A stretch of DNA of 64,000 nt from Eledone cirrhosa (taxonomy: Eukaryota): the NCBI GenBank assembly GCA_964016885.1, contig OZ024742.1, positions 233,492,001 through 233,556,000 of the forward strand, given 5' to 3'. The translations under genes and the position numbers were made by a program. Below are positions 1 through 13,690 of this stretch, piece after piece; the stretch's first letter is position 1, and every line of letters starts with the position of its first letter. The notes beneath the pieces are model-generated. The model saw only the letters and a list, made by a program, of their open reading frames with translations, did not search any database and was not told the DNA's origin.

Positions 1-1179
1 TGCGCCAGTATAACAAGTCAAATTACTTTAGCCGGTAAAATATCTGATTATTTTTATTGTTGTGTGTGTGATAAACCAAAAAGCACAGATAGAAGGACGA
101 AAGGAAACAAAGAAAAGAAAAACAGCTGTTCTAGAGATAGATGAGTTTTATGATTTTATATGTATTCTGATACATCCTCGCTTCAACTCGGCCAGGGATA
201 ACATTGTTTTTTCAATTAACTTTATCGTAGCTATGATTAGCTTTCTATTTAGGACAGACACCACAGCTACCCACTATCCCATGGTTTTATTTTATTTGTT
301 TTCTTTCGTCCATCTATCTGTGATTTTTAGTTTATCACTCACACATCATACCAGCAGAAAGATTTAATTTTCTGTTGTACGATCCAGCATTTGAAAATGG
401 CACTCTCAATTAAATCATGCGAAACCGTTTTGAGAGCTGATGAGGGTGATGATGTGTGTGATGATGTCTTGTACTTCGCCTTTCTTTATTTCCTTCTTCC
501 AGTCATTTCTATGAGACAACACGCTTCTTCTTATCCTCCTCCTCTTTCAGTCATTTCTATATTTTATTTACCTGTCACCCTCCTTGTGGATTGTCTCGCT
601 GTTCACCACTGGCCGCTAGTCTCTGTCCTCTGAGACATTTTTGCTCATCGCAGTCTTTGACGGCGATGAGTGTTCTCATTTTTATATGTATTCAAATACA
701 CTCGCACTTCGTCTCCATCAGAGACGACATTGTTTTTTCATATATATACATATACATTTTTCTCTTTCTATCACTGCATTTAGCAGCAACATTTAGCCTA
801 TCACCCCAGTTCTAGGTAGAACGAAAAGCCTGTTGAAAAACTGAATCCTCCGTTCGATCATGAATACCACGAGCTTGCCAGTCACGTAAGTCTGATATTT
901 GATTTCGGATTCAAAGAAACACTTTAAACGTATAATCGTTTGATTTGTCCAGGTGTATTTTTCTCAACCTGTTAGTTCTATCGTTACTTTGGTATATTAT
1001 TGTGTGTTAGATTTTGCCTACCACAATGTTCGATTTGTCAAGCTATTTAAACGTATGTTATTACTCTAAGGACCTAACTTATCGAGTGCTTTGCTAACTC
1101 ATCATTTCATATAAGTAGGCCGAATTTGCTTGCAAACCGCCAGAGATTCGATTTTACTAAATTTCCAATTATATATATA

Positions 1180-2783
1180 CAGTGCCCCGCAAAAGTTTAC
1201 AACACTTTAGGAAAAATGCGGTTTTAGGTATTTTTAATAAAGTTAGGGTAATGAAAATTTAACTACCAATAGAATATATAATGAGGCATTTAATGATACA
1301 ATCATAGTTTTAAAAAAATAACAAGGAAATCACTCATGAAGAAAAATCAATATTTTTATAACGCAAAAGTTTACAACACATTTATTAAATCATCTCTTAA
1401 TATTTCGTAGCGTAACCTTTGTTGCTAATTACAGCCTGTAGGGCGTTTGGAGTAGCCTCCTACAAACTTCTTGCATGTTTCTTGGTTAATATTTATCCAT
1501 TCTTCACAACAGATTTTCTTTAGTTCAGGGATATTTTGGGGTTTCCTTTTTTGAATTCTCTCCACAAATTTTTGATCGGGTTAAGATCTGGAGACTGACT
1601 TGGTCATTTTAGAACATTTATTCCATTCGTACTTAACCAAGATTGTGTTAGCTTTGCAGTATGCTTTGGATTGTTATCTTGTTGAAAAAACCAACCTGGC
1701 TTTAAGCTGAGAGAATGTGCACTTTGATGTAAATTCCTTTGGAAAATACCTCTATAATAAGTGCCACCCATTCTTCCTTCTATTATTTCAATATTTCCTA
1801 CTCCTGTGGCACTAAAGCAACCCCAGACCATGATTGATCCACCTCCAAATTTTACAGTTGGAATAGTATTCTTCAGCGAATATTCAGTACCTTTCTTTCT
1901 CCAGACTTTTGCCACAGCATTTCGACCAAAAAGTTCATTTTTTGTTTCATCCGACTAAAGTACACCTTCCCAAAATGACGCAGGTTTGATGAGATGCTCA
2001 TTTGCAAAGTTTAATCGACGAAGAACGTGTTTCCTCATAAGAAGTGGTGTTTTCCTTGGAGACCTCGAGAAGATATTATATCGACGAAGTGAACGACTAA
2101 TTGTATCTGTGCTCACTTTTACTCCACTTTCTTCTAGGTCATCCTGAAGATTTTTAAGAGTACACCGGGGTTCGTTGCCAACCTTTCTCGTCAATAACCG
2201 AGCTGCACGTTCCGTTATCTTTCTAGGACAACCAGAACTAATTAGAGGACAGATGGAATGATGAGATTTCCAGTGACGAATTATTGTACCAACTGAACTC
2301 AATGGCACATTTAACTGACAAGATATCTTTCTATAACCAACACCATTTGTATGAAGGTCTACAATGCGTTTACAGAGGTCTTGATCAATCAGTTTATTTT
2401 TCCCCATATTGTCCATGTTTACAGGACGGTTGTCAATGTTTACAGGATGGTTGTCAGACAAATAATGATGTAATGTTTTTAATAGTCCTTAGAAGTTACC
2501 TTAAACCTAATCTAGAACATTCTACTGAATTTTAAATCTGAAAATTTAAGAATTTTCTTGAAAAAAAGCGATAAATATAAAATGTGTTGTAAACTTTTGC
2601 GTTATAAAAATATTGATTTTTCTTCATGTGTTATTTCCTTGTTATTTTATTAAAAATATGATTGTATCATTAAATGCCTCATTATATGTTCTATCAGTAG
2701 TTAAATTTTCATTACCCTAACTTTATTAAAAATACCTAAAACTGCATTTTTCCTAATGTGTTGTAAACTTTTGCGGGGCACTG
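1180..2783 (-). mobile_element. Full-length decayed Tc1-family (DD34E) DNA transposon with IR/DR-type long TIRs
   Basis: Starts TA|CAGTGCCCCGCAAAAGTTTACAACAC (1180) and ends GTGTTGTAAACTTTTGCGGGGCACTG|TA (2783). TIRs are about 200 bp (1180-1383 / ~2580-2783), each with an inner repeat CGCAAAAGTTTACAACAC (1362-1379, 2584-2601). A transposase lies inside. Confidence 0.96.
1397..2461 (-). pseudogene. Tc1-like transposase pseudogene
   Basis: HTH-like N-terminus (GYRKISCQLNVPLSSV), VL*SDETK, TVKFGGGSIMVWGCFS, FQQDNNPKH, LK*PSQSPDLNPIKNLW, and C-terminus ISNKGYATKY*. Two Trp codons are stops and the third catalytic Glu reads Lys. Confidence 0.93.
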
Positions 2784-2812
2784 TATATATATATATATAT
2801 ATGTTTTTTCAT

Positions 2813-2941
<129 letters not shown>

Positions 2942-3045
2942 CGTGTGTGTGCTCTCGCACGAAAGAAAATGTAAGAGTACGTATGTATCACGCCCCACAA
3001 AAACAAATGTACATATAGATACATATGTATATGTGTATGCTTATT

Positions 3046-3128
<83 letters not shown>

Positions 3129-3342
3129 ATAGACAAACATACACACACAGTCGCTCACATAAGTAGTGTACTCAAACTGTTCAATCGTAGAACACATTTT
3201 GCCGTCTCCTTCCTTATTCTCTTTTTCTCTTTCTATCACTATCATTTCATATTCTTTCTAGCTCTATCATTGTTAGACTTTTATTTGTGTGTGTTCCCTA
3301 TATGTGTTTTATTTTTACGGAACAAGTTCCTTCTTCAATAAA

Positions 3343-4915
3343 TGTTTCTACTTTTGGCACAAGGCCAGCAATTACTCAGTACATTACTGGTACTTTATTT
3401 TATCGACCCCGTAAGGATGAAAGGCAAAGTTAACCTCGGCGGAATTTGAACTCAGATCATAAAGGGACGTAACTCTATGCTTCAAAGCATGATGTCCGAC
3501 TCTCAATAATGGCATCAAATGATTTTTCTCTGATTAATATAAGAACAAAAATTCTATAATTCTATCTCTCGAAATTTGCTTGAAGTTATATTAGACAAAA
3601 GAACCTGTGTTTAATTGTACCTGATTCAAGTGGATTGTTTGAGCTACATCTAAGTAAGAGATATACCAATGTGTAACAGTTTTATTATCGGTAGAGTGTC
3701 GGACAACATGCTTTGCGGTATATAGTTAATTCTCTTTACGTTCTGAGTTCAAATCAAGCCGAGGTTAGCTTTGCCTTTCATCTTTAAGGACTCGATAAAA
3801 TAAAGTACCATGAATGCACTGGGGTCGATTTAACCGACTTTCTCCTCCCCTTCAAATTGCTGGCCTTGTACCTAAAGTAGAAACAATTATAATCGGTAGA
3901 GTGTCGGACAACATGCTTTACGTTCTGAGTTCAAATCCCGCCGAGGTTAGCTTTGCCTTTAACCCTTACGGGGTCAATAAAATAAAGTACCAGGAATGTA
4001 CAGGGGTCGATTTAATCAACACCCCCCCCCCCCAAATTGTTGACCTTGAGCCTAAAATCAGAAACCGTGATGGATTAGCAGTATTGGTAGAGGGTCGGAC
4101 GCCATGCTTTGCAGCATAGAGTTACGGCCCTTTACGATCTGAGTTCAAATCCCGTCGAGGTTAACTTTGCCATTCATCATTACGTGGTCGATAAAATAAA
4201 GTACCTGTAATACACTGGAATAATTGCTGGCCTTGTGCCAAAAGTAGAAACAATTATTATATAGTTGACAAGGGAGGTGGATTAGCGTCGGACAAAAATA
4301 CTTAGCAGTATTTAGTTACGACTTCCTCCCTTCCGAGTTCAAATCCTATCAGGATCAACTTTGCGTTTCAGCTATCCAAGGTCGATTAAATAAAATACTG
4401 GGGCCGATATAATCGTCTTTCCCTCCCCCGATGTTGTTTACCTTGTTGTGCCAATGCTAGAACGAATTATAACATAGATGGCAAAGGTGGTGGGTTGGCA
4501 TAATCGGTAGTGCATCGGACAAAAGTACTTTGCAGTATTTAGTTACGACTTTCTACCTTCTTAGTTCAAATCTCGCCAACATCGCTATTACTTTTCATCC
4601 CTCCGGGGTCGATAAAATAAAGTACCAGTTAATTACTGTGGTTGATATAATCGACTTTGCTCTTCCCCGAAATTGCTGGCCTAGTGCCAATGTCAGAGAG
4701 AATTGTTATATAGATGTCAGGTTTATAATTGCTTCTACTTTAGGCACAAGGTCAGCAAATTACCCAGTACATTACTGGTACTTTATTTTATCGACCCCGT
4801 AAGGATGAAAGGCAAAGTCAACCTCGGCGGGATTTGAACTCAGATCGTAAAGGGCCGTAACTATGCTGGAAAGCATGGCGTCCGACCCTCTACCGATACT
4901 GCCAATCTACCGCCC
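3343..4915. mobile_element. Cluster of about 7 tRNA-derived SINE copies (minus ~3343-3510; five plus copies ~3688-4708; minus 4726-4915)
   Basis: Repeated ~190-bp unit with A-box-like TGGCAGTATCGG, B-box GAGTTCAAATCC, central GCCTTTCATCCTTACGGGGTCGATAAAATAAAGTACC and 3' GGCCTTGTGCC..AGTAGAAACAATTATTA. Confidence 0.88.
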
Positions 4916-5327
4916 TCCGATGTCAGGTTTATAATAAAGAGTTGGAGGAAGTTTAGAGTGCAAATAATTAATATGAAAAAAAATTCTCATTCTAACCTAA
5001 AAATTGACGAACTTTCAACAAAAAGATAATGTTAAAACAAAACATCTATCTTTTTGGAATGAATCTGATGATTAAATAAGTTCATCGATCTGGACTTTTG
5101 CCAGCACGAGATACTTAACGTTATCATGTGGAGGAGAAATGTTATGGGTTTCTAACTTATTTGGTGTTGACATTGGGATATACATGTTAGTCTTGATCGT
5201 TCAGTGATAAGTCGTTATCCTCTTTCTACTAGAGATAGAGTGACAGCAAGCATTGCAGAATATACAAACACAAATAAAGTTACGCATACACATGCATCAT
5301 ACACACACACGCACACAGAAAAACGTA

Positions 5328-5399
<72 letters not shown>

Positions 5400-5657
5400 T
5401 GTGTGTGTGTGCCTGTACATGTGTATACATACAGGCACACACACGTTCGGTCACGAATGGCTATTGGTTTTTACTCCTAGAAAGATGCCTTCTGAGGCAC
5501 AAACTCGGGCAAGGTGCTTTTGTGGAAGATCAGCAGTCACTCATGCATGCCAGTCTCCTCTCTCCACGTCACTAATGTTTCCAAATGAAAGGCACCGCAA
5601 CGTTTTAACCACTAAGCCATACACTTACACAGACACAAACACAGAGAAGCACAGACA

Positions 5658-5734
<77 letters not shown>

Positions 5735-6081
5735 CGCTTTACCGTGTGTCGGTTGTCACAAACAGTCATGACCGGCACGTGCCGATGTTTTGACTATGTC
5801 GATCGATTGGTTATTGATTAGGCGATACCCGCTGATGAAGCCGCATAAGCCGATTGTGTATTGTTGCATAATATATGCAGACAGATGGTGCAGTGCACCT
5901 TGCTGCTGCATTAGTGCTGCAGAAACTCGAGTCCGGTAACCTTATAGGCACCCGTTTTACGTGTGTTGTGTTGAGGCAAATAACTTTGTGTATACTCTGG
6001 TAATGTATCTTACATTGCCCATTGAGTGCGCTGAGATACAACCGGTACTGGCATTGATAAATATGCTGGGTCCGTCAACCC

Positions 6082-6185
<104 letters not shown>

Positions 6186-6286
6186 ATAAATATTCCAGTA
6201 GGTACTAAGTACCCACGGAAATATACGTGCTGTCTATAACAACAGTTGCTGTTCAATGGTACTATTTAGAGATACCAGAACTATAA

Positions 6287-6643
6287 AAATGACCGGAACA
6301 AGCAAACATTAAACAATCTTTTAAATAAATTAAAATACGATTTAAATATTCACCTGTTCTAGTGCTGTGACCGACGGTTTCGCTTATCAAAAGATTGGAA
6401 ATTCAGAGAATTTCCAATGGAAAGAATCAGCTCTTCAGACAGCTATTTCTATACCACAGGGCACAAAGCCTCGTAGTTAGTAAATATATCGCTTTCTTCC
6501 CGATGCATGAGGTCAGGCCGTTAAAGTGACCCACACATAAATAGGCCGTAAGAAAACCGTCGGTCACAGCACTAGAACAGGTGAATATTTAAATCGTATT
6601 TTAATTTATTTAAAAGATTGTTTAATGTTTGCTTGTTCCGCTC

Positions 6644-6647
<4 letters not shown>
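6287..6647. repeat. Fold-back inverted repeat (arms ~6287-6380 / ~6554-6647) between (TA)n tracts
   Basis: The ~90-bp arms are near-perfect reverse complements with a ~173-bp spacer. Confidence 0.92.
6364..6443 (-). ncRNA. Putative type I hammerhead ribozyme
   Basis: Minus strand reads GCUGU-CUGAAGA-GC..long stem II..GC-GAAA-CC(guc)GGUC-ACAGC: complete core, GUC site and 5-bp stem I. Confidence 0.8.
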
Positions 6648-6735
<88 letters not shown>

Positions 6736-6744
6736 ACTTGATCA

Positions 6745-8345
6745 CCTTGACCGGCCATACTGTCTAATGTCACTTAGAATCCGCTGGCCACAGCATTTCA
6801 TCCATTCCGTTGTTTCACCCGTCTCTATTGCAGTCCAATTAGTTGTTTCTGCTCGTACAGGTACCACTTGACAATTGTACGGGTCCACCTATTATCAGTG
6901 ACATGTTCGGCCCACCTGAGTTTGTACAGGTGGTACTCGGCGATAACGCCTCTCACTCCGGTTCTTTCTCTGATCTCATTTCGGATGTGATCTCTCAAGG
7001 AGATTCCTAGCACCGATCTTTCCATGGCTCTTTACGCCGTTATTAACCGCTGTTCCTCTCTCTTCATCGTCGGCCACATTTCACTTGCATACAGCATTGC
7101 AGGTAGAACCGAACTGTTGAAGTGGTTCACGCGAGTGGCTTTGTCGACGTTTGCTTTCAGTACATCCTTCACTGAGTTGAACGCTCTCCAGCTTGATCTT
7201 ATTCTCCGCGAACTCTCATTATTCATGTCACGACCCATCGTTATAGCTTGGCCGACATATATATATATAACTTTACACCTCCTCGATTTCATCGCCTTCA
7301 ACCACAACTTGACCGAGTGCCACACCTTTGGACTGCATGTATCTGTTTTCGCACGACTGATCTTCAGGCTGACCGCCGAACCTCTGGTACTCAGCTCATC
7401 CAGCATAGTCTGTAGCTGCCTGGTATTTTCTGCGATGATCGTAATACTATCTGCGAATCTGAAGTGGGTGAGCAGCTCTCCATTGTTTGCACGCCGACAT
7501 CCTCGTCGATGTCTCTGATACCTATTTCAAGACATGCCATGAAGAGCTTCGAAGAGATGGTATCTCCTTGTTTGACGCCCTTCTCGACCGAGACACATAC
7601 GGGTGATAACAGGACCATATCCGTAGTGCATCCCGAATTCGCCACCCTAAGGAGGTTCATGTACTGCGCCGCAACTCCTTGCTTCTCGAGAGACTATAAC
7701 ACCGCATTCATCTCGACACTATCGAAGGCATTTTCGTAGTCAATGAATGCGACCCACAGATGCAACTGGTACTCTTTTGCTCGTTCCAACAATTGCGTCA
7801 GTGTGAATGTGATCTATCGTGATGAAGTTTATTCTGAAGCCCCCCCCCCATTCTCTTGACTGTTGTTCCTCAAGCTGTTGCGATATTCGGGATACAATTG
7901 TCTCTGTAAAGAGCTTGTATATGGGAAATATGAAGCATATTGGGCGATAGTTCTTAAGATCTTCCCAATTAGCCTTCTTGTACACCAGGTTGGTGTTCAA
8001 CTCTTTCCATTGAGAAGGTATACGTCATTCTCTTATGTAGTGGTTGAAATGCACAACAAGGACTTTACTCAGCTGCTCTCCGCTGGATGTTATACCGTCA
8101 ATGCCCCGTACTTTGCCCTTATTCATCAGCTTGAGGGCTTTTTCAAGCTCTCTGATTAGAATAGACGGCACTTCTCGTACTCTGTATGACGACGGAGAGC
8201 CCACTTCCACAGTAAACTTGAAGAGATTGGTTTTTTTGGCAAACCTCCTCCACTTCTTCATTTCCGTTCATTTGTTCGTCAATGTCGTCAGTTCCAACCT
8301 GTAGAGCGCCATTTTCTTTCCTGTAATTCTTAAGGTCTTCTGCTG
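6745..8345 (-). mobile_element. Decayed RTE-clade LINE, RT domain and C-terminus
   Basis: Frameshifted motifs LKNYRPIC, AFIDYENAFDSV, GVKQGDTISSKLF, FRFAD, YIYVGQ, RRIRSSWRAF, LPAMLYASEMW, KLRWAEHV. Confidence 0.92.
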
Positions 8346-8516
8346 GATACCGCCAGGTGGCAATAGCAGGTGGTGTGTTTACATAATTACGGCTTTCTAA
8401 ATGTTTATTTACAAATGTACCGCATTTCTTTAGAAATACGATATTCCAATACATATCTGTATACAGCTATGTATATATAGTATAATATATATAGTATAAT
8501 AACACACACGCACACA

Positions 8517-8548
<32 letters not shown>

Positions 8549-8770
8549 TGCTTACACACGTGCACAAGTATAGCTCTTTTTACAAAAGGTTTTTTTTTTC
8601 CATTTCAGGTAGACGCGCTCCATCATCCACTTTTCTAAAAAATAAATCGTACACAAAACGCCAGTACCAACAGTTTTGCAAGAGATGTCAACATGAATGG
8701 ACCTGTTATGTTTATCTAAAGATATTTTTTCCAATTCCACCTCGCCCTATCTATCTTATTTCTCATTTTT

Positions 8771-8806
8771 TCTTCTGATGAAGGACTAGCGTCCGAAACG
8801 TTAAGA
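8771..8806 (+). ncRNA. Putative minimal type I hammerhead ribozyme in a short repeat family (related copies ~29690-29820 minus, ~44760-44875, 55301-55370)
   Basis: UCUU-CUGAUGA-a-GGAC(uagc)GUCC-GAAA-CGUU-AAGA. Stem III is a loopless palindrome, as in dimer-dependent minimal hammerheads. Confidence 0.7.
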
Positions 8807-8896
8807 CACTCTTCCTGCCATATCAAGCGTTAACCTAATATATCCCTTCCATATACTGTACCGATTGTGTTGTTATTTCTTTTACCTTTTACATAC

Positions 8897-8938
<42 letters not shown>

Positions 8939-8941
<3 letters not shown>

Positions 8942-9228
8942 ATAATGATAAATTTGAAGACTAAAATCCAAAGAGGGCTCGATAAGGATAAATATATATC
9001 AAGTATATAAGAACCGTAGAGCAAATATTTATTAAAATAACAGATTAAAGTTTAAGCAAAGAATCTCTGCTTTCACCCTTAACGGGATCTTCTGAAACTA
9101 ACAAAGTCAATCTGTAAACGCAGAAGTGGATATTTCAAAAAACGTTGCAACCGGAGGAAGACAGGAAGACGATACTTTGGTTCGTGGAAACGTTCGCTGG
9201 CAAATAAGTAATGGTATAAACAAAACAT
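8939..9228 (-). mobile_element. Short (TA)n-embedded repeat 'family D' with hammerhead-like core; other copies ~14808-14860, 19143-19215, 20385-20560, 26430-26572, 57980-58050
   Basis: Near-identical blocks at all listed sites. Minus strand reads AGUUU-CAGAAGA-uccc..gggu-GAAA-GCA..UGCUU-AAACU. Confidence 0.75.
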
Positions 9229-9436
9229 ATATATATATATATATGTGTGTGTCTGTGTGTGTGTGTGTGTGTGTAATCTTAAGAAAATGAACAGAGAAGA
9301 CAAGACAACGAACGGAAAAAAAACGAAGGACAGAAATCCATGGTCATCGCCAGCTGAGATGGAATTGGGTATTTTCAGCCCTACCAACGGTACTGCTGGT
9401 CAATCCGGGGTCACAGCGTCTGACACACACACACAT

Positions 9437-9494
<58 letters not shown>

Positions 9495-9522
9495 GTAGAC
9501 AGTCACACACTCATAAACAATA

Positions 9523-10151
9523 CTTACTTGTACTTGTACTTGTGTCGACATTCACCCTGGACGGACGGGTTGACCCGGCTTCTTCCCTTGTCCTGGCGGC
9601 ATCCCGAACCTTGGCAGCCCACGCACGATGGTCCTGGGCTAGGTCACTGGAGATAGCGAGCCAGTCACTGTTCCATCGGCGCAGGCCGACCACCTGCGGA
9701 CCTGAGAGTTCGGAGAGGTCCTCCTTGATCGTCGCTTCCCAGGTCTTCAGCTGCTCCAGTTAGGGAGTGGAGGTGGGAGGAGAACATCGCGGATCAGTTC
9801 ACCCTCAGGGCGCCGGGCTGCGTGACCAAACCATCTCAAGCATCGCATAGGTGCTGCCAGATCCGCTTTTGGGCGCCTCCAACAGTGTCTGTGGGACAGA
9901 AGAGAGATCACCTCGGTGACCATAGGGCGAATCTACCAGGCCGTCGTTCACACTATCCTCCTCTATGGCTGTGAAACATGACCTATGAGGGTAGTCGATC
10001 AACGGGAGCTGGAGGTCTTCGACAATGACTGTCTCCGCCGCATTCTTCGCTGCCGACGCGTTGATCGGGTGCCTACCACCAGTCTTCGTCTTCGCCTGAA
10101 TCTTCGACCCCTTCCTTCAGTGCTTCTGCAACGGCGCTTGAGATGGTTTGG
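9523..10151 (-). mobile_element. 5'-truncated, 5'-inverted RTE LINE insertion with 12-bp TSD
   Basis: Minus part 9523-9841 (LRWFGHAARR..KTWEATIKEDL..AQDHRAW, (ACAAGT)n tail) and plus part 9841-10154 (RIGAARSAFG..LLYGCET..LRWFGH). TSD TCATAAACAATA at 9511-9522 and 10152-10163. Confidence 0.9.
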
Positions 10152-10239
10152 TCATAAACAATAAATACAAACTCACTGAAACACTCACACACTTAACACC
10201 CACAAACACACTCACACACACACATACTTACGCGCATAT

Positions 10240-10280
<41 letters not shown>

Positions 10281-10284
<4 letters not shown>

Positions 10285-10846
10285 ATAAATCATGTCCTTA
10301 GAATTATTAGATAAAATATATACCATTTCCTCTCCCAATTAGCATAATTAACCATATAAAAAATCAATTAGACCAGGCTATAAGAATAAAGGCTCCTAAG
10401 AAGAAATTTTCGACAAATAACCGAAAGCGGCCTCTTCGCGGTGACCCCAATAGAGTATTTACCCAACATTTCAACAGCATGTAGAAACTGACTAAATATA
10501 CCTATGGTATGTACGCGTTTCTTCTAAGTTTAAATTTACACCTAATTATGTATGGTTGACGGTATATTTAGTCAGTTTCTACATACTGTTGAAATGTTGG
10601 ATAAATACTCTATTGGGGTCACCGCGAAGAGGCCGCTTTCGGTTATTTGTCGAAAATTTCTTCATAGGAGCCTTTATTCTTATAGCCTGGTCTAATTGAT
10701 TTGTTTATATGGTTAATTATGCTAATTGGGAGAGGAAATGGTATATATTTTATCTAATAATTCTAAGGATATGATTTATGATATATTGGTCTGATTATTT
10801 AATTTATTAATTCTTCATTGAGCCACAACGTGACCGGTTGCCACAT
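10281..10846 (+). repeat. Large fold-back repeat (arms 10281-10502 / 10561-10786) plus unique 3' tail, in (TA)n
   Basis: The ~222-bp arms differ at only a few positions; 58-bp spacer. Confidence 0.92.
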
Positions 10847-11431
10847 ACATATATATGACTTTATGTATATGTAAATCTTTATATTTATATATATATATAT
10901 ATATATATATACGGGTACACAGTCACACACTCATAAACACAAACTCACTGAAACATTCACACTAAAACCCACAAACACACTCACTTACAGACAGACACAC
11001 TCATACACACACGCACACAACCATCTTTCTTTTTCTTTATGTATAACTAACTATGAAATTCTTTATTATTTTTATGCAACTGAAAATTTAGATTTTCCTA
11101 ATATAATTTGTATATGAAAAAAGGAGAGTAGAAATAATTGCCTATCATAGCAGTTACAATAATATAGCCGGACACACCGCCTAGGCACGCACTCCTGCAC
11201 GCTGGACTACTTGCATGTCCACCTCATCAATCTCGATAAACCCTACCCTGCATGTTTTCGTTAGCCTTCCAAGTTCCTATTTCTCCTAACTTGCTCTTTA
11301 CACATGAAGTACTAACGTTGAAAAAATCATTTCCCTTTTCCAACAACCCCGAAACTAAGATTGTGTAATTGTAATTGTATATCTGTGTTAGCATTTTTTT
11401 TTTTATCCTGTACTATATATATATATATATA

Positions 11432-11760
11432 CAGTGTGCCCCCGGCATTCGCGGTCCCGGTTATTCGCGGATTTTTTTCTTAGAACCTAACCTATAATTG
11501 TTCGTGGAATCGTAAATATCTTCCGCGATTTTTTATGGCTTATATATATCTTTTTAACGCTAAATTATTAATTACAATATACCGTATTTGCCGCCCTATT
11601 GGACGCCCCTTCGCATAAGACGGTCCCTCTTTTTTATTATATTTTACGCTATATTTTGACGTTTATAGGCATTTTTATAGACCACGTCCAATATTCGCGG
11701 TTTTTCAGTCTTCGAGGAAGCTCTAAGAACGTAATCCCCGCGAATACCGGGGGACAACTA
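11432..11760. mobile_element. pogo/Tigger-like MITE
   Basis: TA|CAGTGTGCCCCCGGCATTCGCGG ... CCGCGAATACCGGGGGACAACTA|TA imperfect TIRs, no coding capacity. Confidence 0.75.
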
Positions 11761-11765
11761 TATAA

Positions 11766-11837
<72 letters not shown>

Positions 11838-11841
<4 letters not shown>

Positions 11842-11981
11842 TATAGTCCAGAATTAGCCGTCGAAATGGCTTGAGCTCAGCCGTCGGGGTCCTACTCGTT
11901 CCTATTACCCACTCTACTACCCTAAGTATTGAGTACTTTGGTGCGTTATGGTCCACCTGGTTCCTTACCACATTTCCTTCG

Positions 11982-11982
<1 letters not shown>
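11838..11982 (+). mobile_element. (TA)n-embedded repeat 'family B'; other copies ~17142-17338, 25272-25328, 31838-31915, 32828-33022, 44521-44699, 45495-45692, 46070-46193, 58098-58262
   Basis: Shared GAAACGGC..GCCGTCGGGGTCC (3' half of a hammerhead) and tail ACTCTACTACCCTAAGTATTGAGTAC..CCTTACCACATTTCCTTCGT. Confidence 0.88.
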
Positions 11983-12014
<32 letters not shown>

Positions 12015-12038
12015 AATACGTGCATACGTACACATATG

Positions 12039-12077
<39 letters not shown>

Positions 12078-12767
12078 AAGTGCGTGCAACCGTATATATG
12101 AACTCCTGTGTGTGCGCGCGTGTTTGTCTGTATGAAGGATCGATTATTTACGTACAAACATTCATACATACTTCAATATTGCTGTTGTTGCTGATATCGC
12201 TCCTGAGATTTTTTATTCTTGTTGTTGTTACTGATGATGATGTTGTTTTTATTGTTATTGTTGTTGTTGTTATTTATTGTTATTGTTGTTGTTGTTGTTA
12301 TTTATCCACCCTTAACTCCGCCCGAGCAGCCCCTTGACCAAAGCTACTACATTCGTAAAAGCTCTTTCATTTTTTTTTTAGGTTTTGAAGTTTATTTAAT
12401 GTGTCTTTTGATTTTTAAGGTTTGAGAGAGATTTAGCTTGCATTTCTAGCAGGCTGAGTTATCACACAGAGGATAATTCATTGGTCTTGTTCTCAAGTGA
12501 TCATTTGTAAATCTATAGCCCTAATCTTCATTCATTTAAAATGTAAGCTTCTAATATCAAACCGCATTAAAGTGTTTAAATATATCAAAAAACAAACCAT
12601 CATATTTTATGTAAGAATTTTTTCTAAGTTATATTCCAAACACCAGCTTAAAATCGACAAAATTAATTAAAAATAATAAGTTAGTATCTTTCATTAGAAA
12701 TATGACGCAAAGATGTTAATAAATCATTCTTACGCATAGATGTGAAGTTTGCTCATAAAGCAAATAA

Positions 12768-12920
12768 TTATTTCTACTTTTGGCACAAACAAGGCCAGCA
12801 ATTATCCCAGTACATTACTGGTACTTTATTTTATCGACCCCGTAAGGATGAAAGACAAAGTTAACCTCGGCGGGATTTGAACCCAGAACGCAAAGGGCCA
12901 TAACTCTATGCTGAAAACCA
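12768..12920 (-). mobile_element. tRNA-derived SINE copy, 5'-truncated
   Basis: Same unit as the 3343-4915 cluster. Confidence 0.85.
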
Positions 12921-13403
12921 CGAAATATTCTTTGCTAACAAAATCTCACTCTCTATTGCTTTAAGTATCACAGCTACTACAGTGACGTTTAGCACTGCTA
13001 GCATAACTACAACTATGCGGAAATGTATTCATCATCACCACCCGTCCAATCACCTGCCACAAAGCAACGGCTCAACTGACAGTAAGACTCTTAGAATTTT
13101 CTGCAGCTACTATTTAGGTTGGTATCATTGTGTAAACCATTGTGTAAACCATTTATTGTCAATATCACACACAAAAAAAAAAAGGCTATCATCTAACTTC
13201 TAATTTCGTTACAACTACTATGTGAATGATGATTTATAGAGTTACATATCTACAAGACATGGACGAAAATATACGTTAAATATATCAGGGAATACTGAAT
13301 GATCGAATGATGTAAAAAAGTAAAAACATACATACATATATATTTATATATATATATATATACATACTTACATGCGTACATACATACATACATACATACA
13401 TCT

Positions 13404-13435
<32 letters not shown>

Positions 13436-13690
13436 TTATATATATATATATACATACATCTATACATGCGTACATACATACATACATACATACATACATA
13501 CATACATACATAGATACATACATACATACATACATACATACATACTACATACATAGATACACACATGCACACACATATATATCTATGTGTGTGTGTATAT
13601 ATACCTACATACATATATACATAATATATACATACATACACATACACACACACATATATATATGTATTCATACCTACATATACACATACA

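Noticed and set aside
3688-4708. Regularly repeated units resembling a CRISPR array or tRNA gene cluster
   Set aside because: Units are ~190-bp diverged SINEs with no unique spacers or complete cloverleaf, in a eukaryotic context.
10618-10665. Hammerhead in the 10281-10846 fold-back (and likewise in 26121-26210)
   Set aside because: Core reads GCGAAGA (or CCGTTGA) and stem pairing is not convincing, so it was not called a ribozyme.
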